NCBI RefSeq assembly: GCF_000934605.2
Contig: NZ_CP010897.2
Location: 3,084,437-3,116,436, forward strand
Reading direction: 5' to 3'
DNA: 32,000 bases
From: Pandoraea vervacti
Lineage (GTDB): Bacteria > Pseudomonadota > Gammaproteobacteria > Burkholderiales > Burkholderiaceae
The position numbers and the translations under genes were made by a program. The notes under the pieces were generated by a model. The model was not told where the DNA came from, did not search any database, and saw nothing but the letters and a program-made list of their open reading frames with translations. Positions 1-9,127 of the stretch are shown piece by piece; position 1 is the stretch's first letter, and each line of letters starts with the position of its first letter.

Positions 1-2024
1 AGACGATCGAGCCAGTCCTGCAAATCGACGCCGGCGGGTGGCGCCGCCTCGGGCAGCACGCGCTCACGCAATGCGTCGCCAAGCCGCGTCTGCCGTCCAG
101 CGACATTCACCCGAACGTCCGACGTCCACACGCTTCCGGCCAGGAAGGCGTCGACATGGGCCGCCGTATGACGCGGCAGCACCTCGACCAGATCGCCCGC
201 CACCCACGTTGCCCCCGGGGGTGGCGTGAATGCCAGATGGTAGGCAGGCAGGCCCGCGCTGCCGGGGTTCAGCACCGCGCGCTCGGCCAGCGTCCACGAA
301 GCGAACTGCGGACTCTCGTGCGTCGTGGTTGCCACGAGCGGACGGCCCAGCCACTCCCCCAGACGCGCCTGCCAGTTCGCCCACGCGCCCGGGTCGCCCC
401 GGTCGACCTCGATCGGCTCGAACGCCGCCACGCCACCCTGCGCGCGCAGCCAACCGTCGAGTTTCCGGCCGAAGCCGCAGAACGTGTCGTAATGACTGTC
501 GCCCAGCGACAGCATGGCGAAGCGCAACCCGGGCAACGCCATCGCCTGATTCATCAATTGCTGCGAGAAACGCCGTGCACTGTCCGGAGGCTCACCGTCG
601 CCGAAGGTGCTGACGATGAACAACGCCCGTCTGGCCGCGCCGAGCTGCGCCTCGCCGATCCGCGCGAGTGGCTGGATTTGCGCAGGCACGCCCGCGCCCT
701 GAAGCATGCCGGCGGTCTGCCACGCCAGCCCCTCAGCGACACCGCTTTGACTGGCGTAGCCGATCAGCACGCCCTCGTCGGCAAACGAGCCGCCCGTGAG
801 CGTCGTCGCGCCGTTCGCCGCCTGCACCGGCCGTGAGGCCGCCAGCGCGCGCTTTTTCCTGCGGCGATCGAGGTACAGCATCCAGCCGGTCACGAAGAAC
901 ACCGGCATCATCAGGCTCGAGAGCATCATGACGACGATGCCCGGCGTGCCGAAGAAACTGCCGCGATGCAGCGCATAGATGCTCGTGATCAACTGGCCGC
1001 CGGTCGTCTTCTCCAGGTAACGCTCTTCACTGCGGATCGCGCCCGACGCCGGGTCGATGTCCATGCGGCTGAAGGCGCGCTCATGGGGTACCGTCGGGTC
1101 CAGCCAGGTCATCTGCAACGGACCGCCCGGCTTTTGCGACGGGCGCACATACGCCTTGGTGTAATCGGGCACGCGCGCCGTGAAGCGGGTCCAGACCGTG
1201 CGCATCTCGTCAGGCGACGTCGACGCGAGGTCGGGCAATGCCTTCCTGCCCGCTGCCTTCGCGGTGGGCGGGTTGCCCGCGTTGCCCGGCTCGCCCTGCT
1301 TCGCCATCTTCGGCTTCTCGGGCGATTTGTTGCGCACCGGCTGCGGCACCCCGGCCACCGAAAACAGCATGCCGCGCCACCAGTCGTACGACCAGTAAAG
1401 CCCGGTGGTGGCCGACAGCAGGTACGGCACGAGTACGATCGTGCCGATCACGGCATGCAGGTTCCAAAGGAACGGACGGCCCTGCTTCTTGAAATCGATG
1501 TGGAACCAGGCGCGCCAATGACCGATACGACGTGGCCATCGCAGGTACAAGCCGCTTAGCGCGAGCAGGAACAGCAGCAGCGTGGCCGCGCCGGTAATCT
1601 GCTTGCCAATGCCATCCACCGTCAGGAATCGGTGAATGTCCATGATGAAACGGAAGACAACATCCGCCTGGGAGCGGCCCAGCATCTGTCCGGTGTACGG
1701 GTCAACGAAGTAGGTTTCGCCACGCGTGCCGTCATCGATGGACAGGCGCACGCCGACGGCGTCCTCCGGGGCACGCATCACCGTCATGAGCAGAATGCGC
1801 CGATCCGGCACCGCCTCGTGAACGCGCGCAACCAGTTCGGGAACCGGCAGGCGCGATGCGGATGCCGCCTCGGGCACAGTCACCGTCATCACCCCCGGGC
1901 TGAAGGCGCGCGTGAGTTCTTCGTAGTAGGAGAGCAACGCGCCGGTCAGGCCGACCACCGCCAGCACCAGACCGGCGGTAATGCCGAAACACCAGTGCAG
2001 TTGAAACCACAGTCTTTTCATCAT
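1..2024 (-). CDS. PepSY-associated transmembrane domain fused to flavodoxin-like and FAD-binding (CysJ / sulfite-reductase-flavoprotein-like) domains; partial, C-terminal end lies beyond window start
   Basis: Absent from the ORF track because its stop codon is outside the window. Manual minus-strand translation from ATGATG (2024/2021) stays open to position 3 (~674 codons). N-terminus: MMKRLWFQLHWCFGITAGLVLAVVGLTGALLSYYEEL. Flavodoxin-like: VLIGYASQSGVAEGLAWQTAGML...LFIVSTFGDGEPPDSARRF. FAD-barrel-like: WTLAERAVLNPGSAGLPAYHLAF...GDLVEVLPRH. Confidence 0.8.
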   Translation of the reverse strand, partial: MMKRLWFQLHWCFGITAGLVLAVVGLTGALLSYYEELTRAFSPGVMTVTVPEAASASRLPVPELVARVHEAVPDRRILLMTVMRAPEDAVGVRLSIDDGTRGETYFVDPYTGQMLGRSQADVVFRFIMDIHRFLTVDGIGKQITGAATLLLFLLALSGLYLRWPRRIGHWRAWFHIDFKKQGRPFLWNLHAVIGTIVLVPYLLSATTGLYWSYDWWRGMLFSVAGVPQPVRNKSPEKPKMAKQGEPGNAGNPPTAKAAGRKALPDLASTSPDEMRTVWTRFTARVPDYTKAYVRPSQKPGGPLQMTWLDPTVPHERAFSRMDIDPASGAIRSEERYLEKTTGGQLITSIYALHRGSFFGTPGIVVMMLSSLMMPVFFVTGWMLYLDRRRKKRALAASRPVQAANGATTLTGGSFADEGVLIGYASQSGVAEGLAWQTAGMLQGAGVPAQIQPLARIGEAQLGAARRALFIVSTFGDGEPPDSARRFSQQLMNQAMALPGLRFAMLSLGDSHYDTFCGFGRKLDGWLRAQGGVAAFEPIEVDRGDPGAWANWQARLGEWLGRPLVATTTHESPQFASWTLAERAVLNPGSAGLPAYHLAFTPPPGATWVAGDLVEVLPRHTAAHVDAFLAGSVWTSDVRVNVAGRQTRLGDALRERVLPEAAPPAGVDLQDWLDR

Positions 2025-2132
2025 TGTTGTCGTCCAACGCACGTCCGTGCGCCGGCGATGGCGCGTGCGTGGCAAGTTTGCCGTGCCGCAATGCCCCGAC
2101 GGCGCACTATGCGGCAATTATCGAATGGTATT

Positions 2133-2151
2133 GCAAACGATTCTCATATTC
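2133..2151 (-). promoter_or_regulatory. Fur-box-like 19-mer upstream of the PepSY/flavoprotein gene
   Basis: Minus-strand reading GAATATGAGAATCGTTTGC matches the consensus GATAATGATAATCATTATC at 13 of 19 positions (counted by eye). It lies ~110 bp upstream of the ATG at 2024 in an AT-richer patch. Confidence 0.4.
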
Positions 2152-2384
2152 AATAGCGACTTGCGACTTGTTTCGTGCGGCCCTGTAGGTGTCGTCTCAC
2201 AGGAATTTCATACATAAGACGACGTCTTGTCGGTTTTTGAGCGGTTAGGATGAATTACTGCGCGCGGATGTCCGCGCTCCTTCTCATCCATTTGCCGCTC
2301 GACACGTCTCGTCTGCCCACTCCCTAGCCCATTGGCGGCCCTGGAACGACCTGTCGATCTGCGGCACGACAGCGACGGAGTGCC

Positions 2385-3203
2385 ATGCGACCCTTAGCGT
2401 TTTCCCGTCCCACCGCGTCAACGTCGGTCCCCGCCGTTGACGTTACCCGGGTGGCATTCTTTTTCGACCTTGACGGCACATTGGCGCCGCTGGCCGCAAG
2501 TCCGGGCGCCGTGAAATTACCGCCGGACACTGCCCTCGTGCTCAAGAGTCTGTTCGAACGCACGCAGGGAGCGCTCGCCGTGGTCTCCGGGCGCGCGATC
2601 GACCAGATCGATGACCTGCTGGCCCCGCTGCGTTTGCCCGCCGCCGGCCTGCACGGCGCCGAGATTCGTCATGCCAACGGCCAGCTGCTGCGCGATCGAG
2701 GGCATACGGCCGATACCGAACGTATCGCCGCGATGGCCGCGCCGTTACAGGCGCTGGTCGCTCAACACCCCGGGCTGCTGCTGGAGAACAAAGGCAGCGC
2801 GCTCGCTTTGCACTATCGCGGTGCGCCTGAACTGGCGGGCGTGGCGCGCGACACCATGCTAGCGCTGGCCGAGCTGCACGCAGAGCGTTTTTCGCTGCAA
2901 CCCGGCAAGCTCGTGTTCGAGTTGCGTCCACGCCATGTCAGCAAAGGGCGTGCGATTACTACGTTGCTCAATGAAGCCCCGTTTGCCGGGCGCACGCCGC
3001 TGTTTGCCGGCGACGACCTGACAGACGAGGCCGGATTCGCCGACGTGAATGCGCTGGGTGGCATCACGATCAAGATCGGAGACGGAGAGACTTGCGCTCA
3101 CCATCGTCTGCCTTCGCCGGAAGCATTGACTACCTGGCTGCTGACGCTGCACCGCGCGGCTGCCCCGTCCCCATCTCAACCCTCTCAGGAGACAGACGTA
3201 TGA
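2385..3203 (+). CDS. otsB: trehalose-6-phosphate phosphatase (HAD superfamily)
   Basis: HAD motif I FFFDLDGTLAP near the N-terminus; GDDLTDE late motif. The stop overlaps the otsA start (ATGA at 3200-3203). Classic otsB-otsA order. Confidence 0.85.
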   Translation: MRPLAFSRPTASTSVPAVDVTRVAFFFDLDGTLAPLAASPGAVKLPPDTALVLKSLFERTQGALAVVSGRAIDQIDDLLAPLRLPAAGLHGAEIRHANGQLLRDRGHTADTERIAAMAAPLQALVAQHPGLLLENKGSALALHYRGAPELAGVARDTMLALAELHAERFSLQPGKLVFELRPRHVSKGRAITTLLNEAPFAGRTPLFAGDDLTDEAGFADVNALGGITIKIGDGETCAHHRLPSPEALTTWLLTLHRAAAPSPSQPSQETDV

Positions 3204-4618
3204 GTCGCTTAGTCATCGTGTCGAACCGGGTCGCCCCCATTACCGAGGGCAAACCAACGGCCGGCGGGCTGGCCATTGGCGTATTCGACGCACTCAGGGA
3301 CACCGGCGGCATGTGGTTTGGCTGGAACGGTGAGATCGATGCGGAACCGGCCACCGCGCCGAACATTGCGCATCGCAACAATGTCACCTTCGCCACCGTG
3401 CCGCTCACGCGCCGTGATTACAACACGTACTATCGCGGCTTCTCGAACGCGACGCTGTGGCCGACGTTTCACTACCGCGACGACCTCACGCGCTTCCAGC
3501 GTGACGACTACAACGGGTACCGCCACGTCAACGCCCGGTTCGCCTCGCTGCTCGCGCCGTTGCTCGAACCCGACGACCTCGTCTGGGTGCATGACTACCA
3601 TCTCCTGCCCTTCGCGCAGGCCTGCCGCCAGATAGGCGTGCAGCATCGGCTCGGCTTCTTCCTTCATATTCCGTTCCCGTCGCCGCAGGTGCTGATGACC
3701 GTGCCGCCGCACGAGGCGCTCGTACGGGCCATGTGCGAGTACGACCTCGTCGGGTTCCAGACCGAGACGGACCGTACGGCGTTCACCGATTACCTGCTGC
3801 GCTTTGCAGGCGCCACGATGAACGACGATGGCACGATAACGGCCTACGGGCGAACGCTGCGCACCGGCGTCTACCCGATTGGCGTCTATCCGGACGAGAT
3901 TCAGAAGCAGGCAACGGCACGAGCGACCGTCAAGCACATTCTCGATCTGAAGCAGGGGTTGCAGGAACGCAAGCTCATCATGAGCGTGGATCGTCTCGAT
4001 TACTCGAAGGGGATGCTGGAGCGTTTTCGCGCGTTCGAGCGTCTGCTGGAGTTATGGCCGAATCAGCAAGGGACGGTGAGCTTCGTGCAGGTCGCGCCCC
4101 CGAGCCGCTCCGACGTGGCGGGCTACGGTGAAATCCGCCGTCAGCTCGAAACGGAGGCCGGCCACATCAATGGCCGCTTCTCGGATCTCGCCTGGACCCC
4201 GTTGCGCTATATCAACAAGCGCTACGATCATGAAGTGCTGATGTCGTTCTTCAGGGCGTCGCAGGTCGGTTACGTCACCCCATTGCGCGACGGCATGAAC
4301 CTCGTGGCAAAGGAGTACGTTGCCTCACAGGACCCCGCGGACCCGGGTGTACTGGTACTGTCGTGCTTTGCAGGCGCAGCGCAGGAGCTCGATGGGGCGC
4401 TGATCGTGAACCCCTACGACATCGACGGCATGGCCGAAGCGCTACGATCCGCGCTGAATATGTCGCTATCCGAGCGTCAGTCGCGTCACGAGAGCATGAT
4501 GAGCGCATTGCGCGAGCACAATTTGTCGACGTGGCGCGACCGGTTCATCGCCGATCTGCGTGCGCCCGCAGCCGCGACACCGGCCTTGTTGCGCTGCGCC
4601 CAACCCGCCGCCGCCTGA
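3200..4618 (+). CDS. otsA: alpha,alpha-trehalose-phosphate synthase (GT20)
   Basis: The ORF track starts at 3092, but the family N-terminus [13 protein letters not shown] begins at ATG 3200. Hallmarks: [36 protein letters not shown]. Confidence 0.9.
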   Translation: MSRLVIVSNRVAPITEGKPTAGGLAIGVFDALRDTGGMWFGWNGEIDAEPATAPNIAHRNNVTFATVPLTRRDYNTYYRGFSNATLWPTFHYRDDLTRFQRDDYNGYRHVNARFASLLAPLLEPDDLVWVHDYHLLPFAQACRQIGVQHRLGFFLHIPFPSPQVLMTVPPHEALVRAMCEYDLVGFQTETDRTAFTDYLLRFAGATMNDDGTITAYGRTLRTGVYPIGVYPDEIQKQATARATVKHILDLKQGLQERKLIMSVDRLDYSKGMLERFRAFERLLELWPNQQGTVSFVQVAPPSRSDVAGYGEIRRQLETEAGHINGRFSDLAWTPLRYINKRYDHEVLMSFFRASQVGYVTPLRDGMNLVAKEYVASQDPADPGVLVLSCFAGAAQELDGALIVNPYDIDGMAEALRSALNMSLSERQSRHESMMSALREHNLSTWRDRFIADLRAPAAATPALLRCAQPAAA

Positions 4619-4696
4619 CTGCCGCCGTGCGTGACTGCCTGCCCCCGTTCGGGGTCACGGCATAAGGCGACGGACGAACCTCTCGGGAGATTCGCC

Positions 4697-5506
4697 ATGA
4701 GTCAACGCTCCGTCCCCCAGGTCGCCCCGTATGTCGAAGTCGAGACTGAGGGGCCGGTAACCATCCTCACGCTGGCGCGTGCAGCGCGCCGGAACGCCGT
4801 CGACCGCCCCATGGCCGCGGCGTTGCGTGACGCCCTGCTCGCCTTCGAGCAGGACGAAACCACCAGTGTCGCCGTGCTTTGCGGTAAAGGCGCCTCGTTC
4901 TGCGCCGGGGCGGACCTCTCCGCCTTCGACGACCCCGAACGTCGCAACATCGTCACGCCCGACGGCAGCGGCGACGGGCCGATGGGCCTCACGCGGCGTC
5001 ATCTGGACAAGCCGGTCATCGCCGCCGTGAGCGGTCACGCGGTGGCCGGGGGACTGGAGTTGGCGCTTTGGTGCGATTTGCGTGTCGCGGACGACTCGGC
5101 AACGTTCGGTGTGTTCTGCCGGCGCTTCGGCGTTCCCCTGATCGATGGCGGGACCGTCCGTCTACCTCGCCTGATCGGCATGAGTCGTGCGCTCGACCTG
5201 ATCCTCACCGGCCGTGCCGTAGGGGCGCAGGAAGCCTTCGAAATCGGACTCGTCAATCGGCTGGTGCCGGAGGGCATGGCGCGACAGGGCGCGATTGCGC
5301 TGGCGCAGCAGTTGGCCGAATTGCCGCAAGGGGCATTACGCGCCGATCGCCGGGCCGCTTACGCGCAGTGGGATTTGCCGCTGGAGGAGGCGCTGCGCCA
5401 GGAAGGCGCAGCGGGTCATGACGTGGTGTTCTCCGAAGGCATTGCCGGCGCGCGCGCATTTCTCAGTGGGGCGGGCCGCCACGGGGCGCCGCGCGACTCG
5501 CGCTAA
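4697..5506 (+). CDS. enoyl-CoA hydratase/isomerase (crotonase) family protein
   Basis: ATG 4697 is preceded by GGGAGA (4685-4690). Crotonase motifs: FCAGADLSAF and AAVSGHAVAGGLELALWCDLRVA. Confidence 0.8.
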   Translation: MSQRSVPQVAPYVEVETEGPVTILTLARAARRNAVDRPMAAALRDALLAFEQDETTSVAVLCGKGASFCAGADLSAFDDPERRNIVTPDGSGDGPMGLTRRHLDKPVIAAVSGHAVAGGLELALWCDLRVADDSATFGVFCRRFGVPLIDGGTVRLPRLIGMSRALDLILTGRAVGAQEAFEIGLVNRLVPEGMARQGAIALAQQLAELPQGALRADRRAAYAQWDLPLEEALRQEGAAGHDVVFSEGIAGARAFLSGAGRHGAPRDSR

Positions 5507-5563
5507 GCACCGTCGTGCTGCCTCTGCACGCCGTGCGACGACAATGGGCTGACCGCACGGCGC

Positions 5564-5608
5564 GAATGCCACGAATGCCACGAACGTCCTGAACGCCTCG
5601 AATATGTC
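5564..5608. repeat. degenerate 9-bp tandem repeat, 5 units (gaatgccac gaatgccac gaacgtcct gaacgcctc gaatatgtc)
   Basis: Read directly. Two perfect units are followed by three units keeping the gaa...c 9-bp phase. It lies in the convergent gap between the crotonase gene and the ankyrin gene stop (5618). Confidence 0.6.
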
Positions 5609-5617
5609 GCGAACGAC

Positions 5618-6292
5618 TTATCGTGCCGGTGCCGGCAACGCCGGCGTTTCCGCCAGACGCTTGGCAAGGCCGTCGGCGATTTCCTTATGATTCGCCTGTC
5701 GGGCGAAATCGACCGCCGTCATCTTGAGCTGATTCTTCAGCCGCACATCCGCGCCGCCGTCGAGCAACACCTTGCACGTGGTGATATGACCGCCGCGCGC
5801 GGCCATCATCAGCGGGGTGGTGCCGTTAGGCGACTCGGCATCCACGTAGGCTGACGCGTCGAGCAACATCTTCACAATGTCGTCGTGACCGTTCGTCGCC
5901 GCATAGTGCAGCGGTGCCCAGCCCTTCTTGTTGACTTCGGCGTCCTTGTCGATGAGCAGCTTGACCATCGGCGTCAGGCCTTGCAGCGACGCAATCATCA
6001 TTGCGTTCTCGCCGGCGCGATTGGTCGCTTCGAGATCCGTACGTTTGTCCTCGATCAGCAGCTTGGCGACGCCAACGGATTTCTCGCGCATGGCAATCAC
6101 CAATAGCGGGTCCCCCTTCTCGTCCGTGGCATTCGGGTCGACACCCGCCTTGAGCGCCTGCTGGACAGCCTTGGTGTCGTCGAAGACAACGGCCTTGACG
6201 AGCGCCGTATTGGAAGTGGCGGCAGTGGCGCATGCGGTGAGCCAAAGCACGCTCATCAGCGTAAAGGCACGGATCATCGAAAATTTGCGCAT
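5618..6292 (-). CDS. ankyrin-repeat lipoprotein (periplasmic/exported)
   Basis: Signal peptide with lipobox MSVLWLTAC. Tandem ankyrin units, e.g. GWAPLHYAATNGHDDIVKMLLDASAYVD and NGTTPLMMAARGGHITTCKVLLDGGADV. Confidence 0.8.
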   Translation of the reverse strand: MRKFSMIRAFTLMSVLWLTACATAATSNTALVKAVVFDDTKAVQQALKAGVDPNATDEKGDPLLVIAMREKSVGVAKLLIEDKRTDLEATNRAGENAMMIASLQGLTPMVKLLIDKDAEVNKKGWAPLHYAATNGHDDIVKMLLDASAYVDAESPNGTTPLMMAARGGHITTCKVLLDGGADVRLKNQLKMTAVDFARQANHKEIADGLAKRLAETPALPAPAR

Positions 6293-6387
6293 CGGGGGCT
6301 CCTGTCGGTCGTCCGGAAAAATCGGCTAAGGCGTGCTGAAATACGTCGATTCGAATGCTGTCGATATTGCAAGGCGCACTCGTGCGC

Positions 6388-6423
6388 TCAATGCGTTCAA
6401 TGCGTTCAATGCGTTCAATGCGC
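6388..6423. repeat. 9-bp tandem repeat, 4 units (tcaatgcgt x3 + tcaatgcgc)
   Basis: Read directly. The last unit contains the TatD-family gene stop codon (tca at 6415-6417, minus strand). The array lies ~96 bp upstream of the ankyrin gene start. Confidence 0.85.
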
Positions 6424-7197
6424 TGCCGTCGAAAAAAGACGGAAGAAGTTCTCCGTCGTCGCCTCGGCAATCTTCTGCAACGGTTCACCGCGCAAGTCGG
6501 CGATGAATTCGGCCACATGCCGTACATACCCCGGCTGATTGAGCTTGCCGCGATACGGCACCGGCGCGAGATAGGGCGAGTCCGTCTCGATCAGCATGCG
6601 ATCGAGCGGCACACGACGCGCCACCTCCTGCAAATCGCGCGCGCTCTTGAACGTGACGATGCCCGAGAACGAAATGTAGAAATTCTGATCGAGCGCGCCT
6701 TCGGCAACTTCCCAACTTTCGGTGAAGCAATGCATCACGCCGGCCGGCTGCCCCGCGTCCTCCTCGCGCATGAGTCTGAGCGTGTCGTCTGCTGCGGAGC
6801 GCGTGTGGATGATGAGCGGCTTGCCCGTGGCCCGTGCGGCGCGAATGTGGGTGCGAAAACGCTCGCGTTGCCACTCCATGTCCTCGATGCTGCGGCCTTC
6901 GAGCCGGTAGTAATCGAGGCCCGTCTCGCCAATGGCGACGACCTTCGGCGTGGCCGCGAGGCGAATCAGATCGTCGACGCTCGGCTCGGGCGTGTCTTCG
7001 TAATCGGGATGCACGCCCACCGACGCGTAGACGTTCTCATGCCGGGCGGCGATCTCCAGCACCTGCGGCAGCGTCGGCAGATCAACGGAGACACACAGCG
7101 CGTGGCTGACCTTGTTCTCCTGCATGCGTGCGAGCAGCTCGGGCATCTGCTCGGCCAGTTCCGGGAAATTGATATGACAATGCGAATCGATGAACAT
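6415..7197 (-). CDS. TatD-family metal-dependent hydrolase/DNase (YcfH-like)
   Basis: MFIDSHCHINF (HxH metal motif), IGETGLDYY, ETDSPYLAPVPYRGK. Sits downstream of holB, as in the conserved tmk-holB-ycfH arrangement. Confidence 0.85.
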   Translation of the reverse strand: MFIDSHCHINFPELAEQMPELLARMQENKVSHALCVSVDLPTLPQVLEIAARHENVYASVGVHPDYEDTPEPSVDDLIRLAATPKVVAIGETGLDYYRLEGRSIEDMEWQRERFRTHIRAARATGKPLIIHTRSAADDTLRLMREEDAGQPAGVMHCFTESWEVAEGALDQNFYISFSGIVTFKSARDLQEVARRVPLDRMLIETDSPYLAPVPYRGKLNQPGYVRHVAEFIADLRGEPLQKIAEATTENFFRLFSTAAH

Positions 7198-7233
7198 GAT
7201 GTGCGATCGGCGATCGGTGGCAGACGGTCTGCA

Positions 7234-8274
7234 TCAAAGCGATGCCGGTCCACCGAACAACTGTTTGTATTGCAGGAAGAGCGCTTCGAGCAGCACCCGG
7301 GTATTGAGCGGGTGGTTCTGCACCTGACGCTGTTGCGCGAGTTCGCGCAGGAAGCCCAGCAGCCGGACGTCGTCGGTGGCGTCGCCACAGTGCCGCAACG
7401 CTTGCGACTGACCGGGGAAGAAACGAACGGCGCCCGCCATGCGCTCGGCGAGAACGTCGAAACACCAGCGTTGCAACGTTTCGAGAACCCCCGGCAGACT
7501 CCCCTTGTGCAGTTGCTCCGCACAGGCAAACGCGTCTATCGCGCCGCCTTGCGCCAACTGTCCCAACAGCCAGTCGCGCCAACCGCGCTCTTCCGGCTCG
7601 GCGAGCGCGCGTGCGGCAAGCGGCGCACCACCGGCCTCGGCGAGCACGGCGGCGGCCGTGGGAGCGTCCAGTCCGGCCTCGCCCATCAGCCATTGGGTCG
7701 CCTGAGCATCGTTCGGACGCGTCAGCACAAGACGACGGCAGCGCGAGAGAATCGTTGGCAGCAAACGGTCCGGTTGTGTCGTCACCAGCAGGAAAACCAC
7801 CCCTTCGGGCGGTTCTTCGAGGGTCTTGAGCAGGGCGTTCGCCGCGTGCACGTTGAGCGATTCGGCCGGATACAGCAAGACGACGCGACGCCCCTGACGA
7901 TGAGAGCCAAGGCTCGCGAAGTCGATCACCTCGCGCACCTGCTCGATCTTGATTTCCTTGCTGGGCGTCTTGGTTTTCTTGTCGCCATCGGCGTCCGCAC
8001 GCGCTTGCGCACCCGGCAGCGTCTCGGCGAGTGCCTCGGGACAGATCGCGCGAAAGTCCGGGTGATTGCCGCTGACGAACCACTGGCACGCACCGCATGT
8101 CCCGCAAGGGAAATGCCCCTCGCGCGGCGATTCGCACAACAGTGCCTGCGCGAATGTGCGCGCAAGCGCGACTTCGCCGATACCCGGCACGGCCTGCAAC
8201 AGCAGCGCGTGAGGCATCTGGGCGCGAAGATCGTTGAGTCGTGTCCAGTCCTGTGACTGCCACGGATACAGCAT
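7234..8274 (-). CDS. holB: DNA polymerase III delta-prime subunit
   Basis: The ORF track runs to 8310; the conserved N-terminus MLYPWQ starts at ATG 8274. Motifs: HALLLQAVPGIGEVALA, FPCGTCGACQWFVSGNHPDF (Cys module), TLEEPPEGVVFLLVT, LPTILSRC. Confidence 0.8.
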   Translation of the reverse strand: MLYPWQSQDWTRLNDLRAQMPHALLLQAVPGIGEVALARTFAQALLCESPREGHFPCGTCGACQWFVSGNHPDFRAICPEALAETLPGAQARADADGDKKTKTPSKEIKIEQVREVIDFASLGSHRQGRRVVLLYPAESLNVHAANALLKTLEEPPEGVVFLLVTTQPDRLLPTILSRCRRLVLTRPNDAQATQWLMGEAGLDAPTAAAVLAEAGGAPLAARALAEPEERGWRDWLLGQLAQGGAIDAFACAEQLHKGSLPGVLETLQRWCFDVLAERMAGAVRFFPGQSQALRHCGDATDDVRLLGFLRELAQQRQVQNHPLNTRVLLEALFLQYKQLFGGPASL

Positions 8275-8391
8275 GTGGGCTCCTTGGCCGGATATTGCGG
8301 CAGTGGTCATGGTAGCGTCAGTGCGCTCCCCCTGCTGCCGACGGCATACCCGGAATTATGCGCGCGTCGGAAGAGATCGGGCGGTTTCGTT

Positions 8392-8418
8392 GGTGAGGGC
8401 GGTGAGAGCGGTGAGGGC
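8392..8418. repeat. 9-bp tandem repeat, 3 units (ggtgagggc ggtgagagc ggtgagggc)
   Basis: Read directly in the tmk-holB intergenic gap. Confidence 0.7.
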
Positions 8419-8464
8419 ACCGTTTCAGATGCCGACTCAGCCCGCTCGCCCTGGTCATCAGCGC

Positions 8465-9127
8465 TCAATGCCCGGGCAATCCCAGGCGAGCAAAAACGTT
8501 GGCGAGTTGCGCCGCAATGGTGTCGATGCTTTGCGCGGCGTCGATCAGCACGATGCGGCCCCCGGACGTCTCGGCGCGGCGCAGGTATTCCTCGCGAACA
8601 CGGGTAAAGAAGGCCGCCGATTCGCGCTCGAACTTGTCCGGGGCACGCGCGCCGGCAAGTCGCGCTGCCGCAATGGCGGGATCGAGATCGAACAGGATCG
8701 TCAGATCGGGTTGGCGCTCGCCCTGCACCCAGCGCTCGAGAATCGACAGCTTCTCGCGCGACAGGCCACGCCCTCCGCCTTGATAGGCGAAAGTCGCGTC
8801 GGTGAAGCGGTCGGAGACGACCCAGTCCCCCCGTGCCAGCGCAGGCTCGATGACCTTGACCAAATGCTCTCGACGACCGGCAAACATCAGCAGCGCTTCA
8901 GTTTCGATGTCCATCGGCTCATCGAGAACGAGCTTGCGAAGCGCTTCACCCAGCGGCGTGCCGCCCGGCTCCCGCGTGGCAACGACATCGCGTCCCACGC
9001 TCGCCAGTCCTTGACGCAAGGCATCGACGAAGGCGTTGACGTGCGTGCTCTTGCCCGCACCGTCAATGCCTTCGAACGTCACGAACTTGCCCGGGGCCAC
9101 GACCGGCGCGATTGGGGAATGCGTCAT
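8465..9127 (-). CDS. tmk: thymidylate kinase
   Basis: P-loop [14 protein letters not shown]; [16 protein letters not shown]. Confidence 0.9.
   Translation of the reverse strand: MTHSPIAPVVAPGKFVTFEGIDGAGKSTHVNAFVDALRQGLASVGRDVVATREPGGTPLGEALRKLVLDEPMDIETEALLMFAGRREHLVKVIEPALARGDWVVSDRFTDATFAYQGGGRGLSREKLSILERWVQGERQPDLTILFDLDPAIAAARLAGARAPDKFERESAAFFTRVREEYLRRAETSGGRIVLIDAAQSIDTIAAQLANVFARLGLPGH

Noticed and set aside
2216-2228. Palindrome aagacg-a-cgtctt and nearby gtcgtct/agacgac repeat in the otsB upstream region, as an operator
   Set aside because: Short arms, no known matching consensus that I can name, and easily expected by chance in a 230-bp divergent intergenic region.
3092-3199. 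Upstream extensions of otsA (3092); the same issue applies to mltG (10120-10455), holB (8275-8310) and the DUF4936-like gene (11316-11477)
   Set aside because: The conserved family N-termini start at the internal Met codons. The extensions overlap neighbouring genes or intergenic promoters.
4631-4658. GC-rich hairpin (gtgac...gtcac, with an inner cccc-gttc-gggg) after otsA, as a rho-independent terminator
   Set aside because: No U-rich tract follows. It sits only ~40 nt before the crotonase start and may simply be part of its 5' region.
6355-8256. 633-aa plus-strand ORF, with similar long antisense ORFs at 9112-10269, 7082-8263 and elsewhere
   Set aside because: It lies antisense to the TatD-family and holB genes, whose minus-strand translations carry unmistakable family motifs. 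Its own translation is Arg/Ala/Gly-rich low-complexity sequence, typical of spurious open frames in high-GC DNA.
5564-8418. Short tandem repeats considered as a possible CRISPR or other spaced-repeat array
   Set aside because: The units are only 9 bp, directly abutting with no spacers, and limited to 3-6 copies. No cas genes are present. They are simple VNTR-type tandem repeats.
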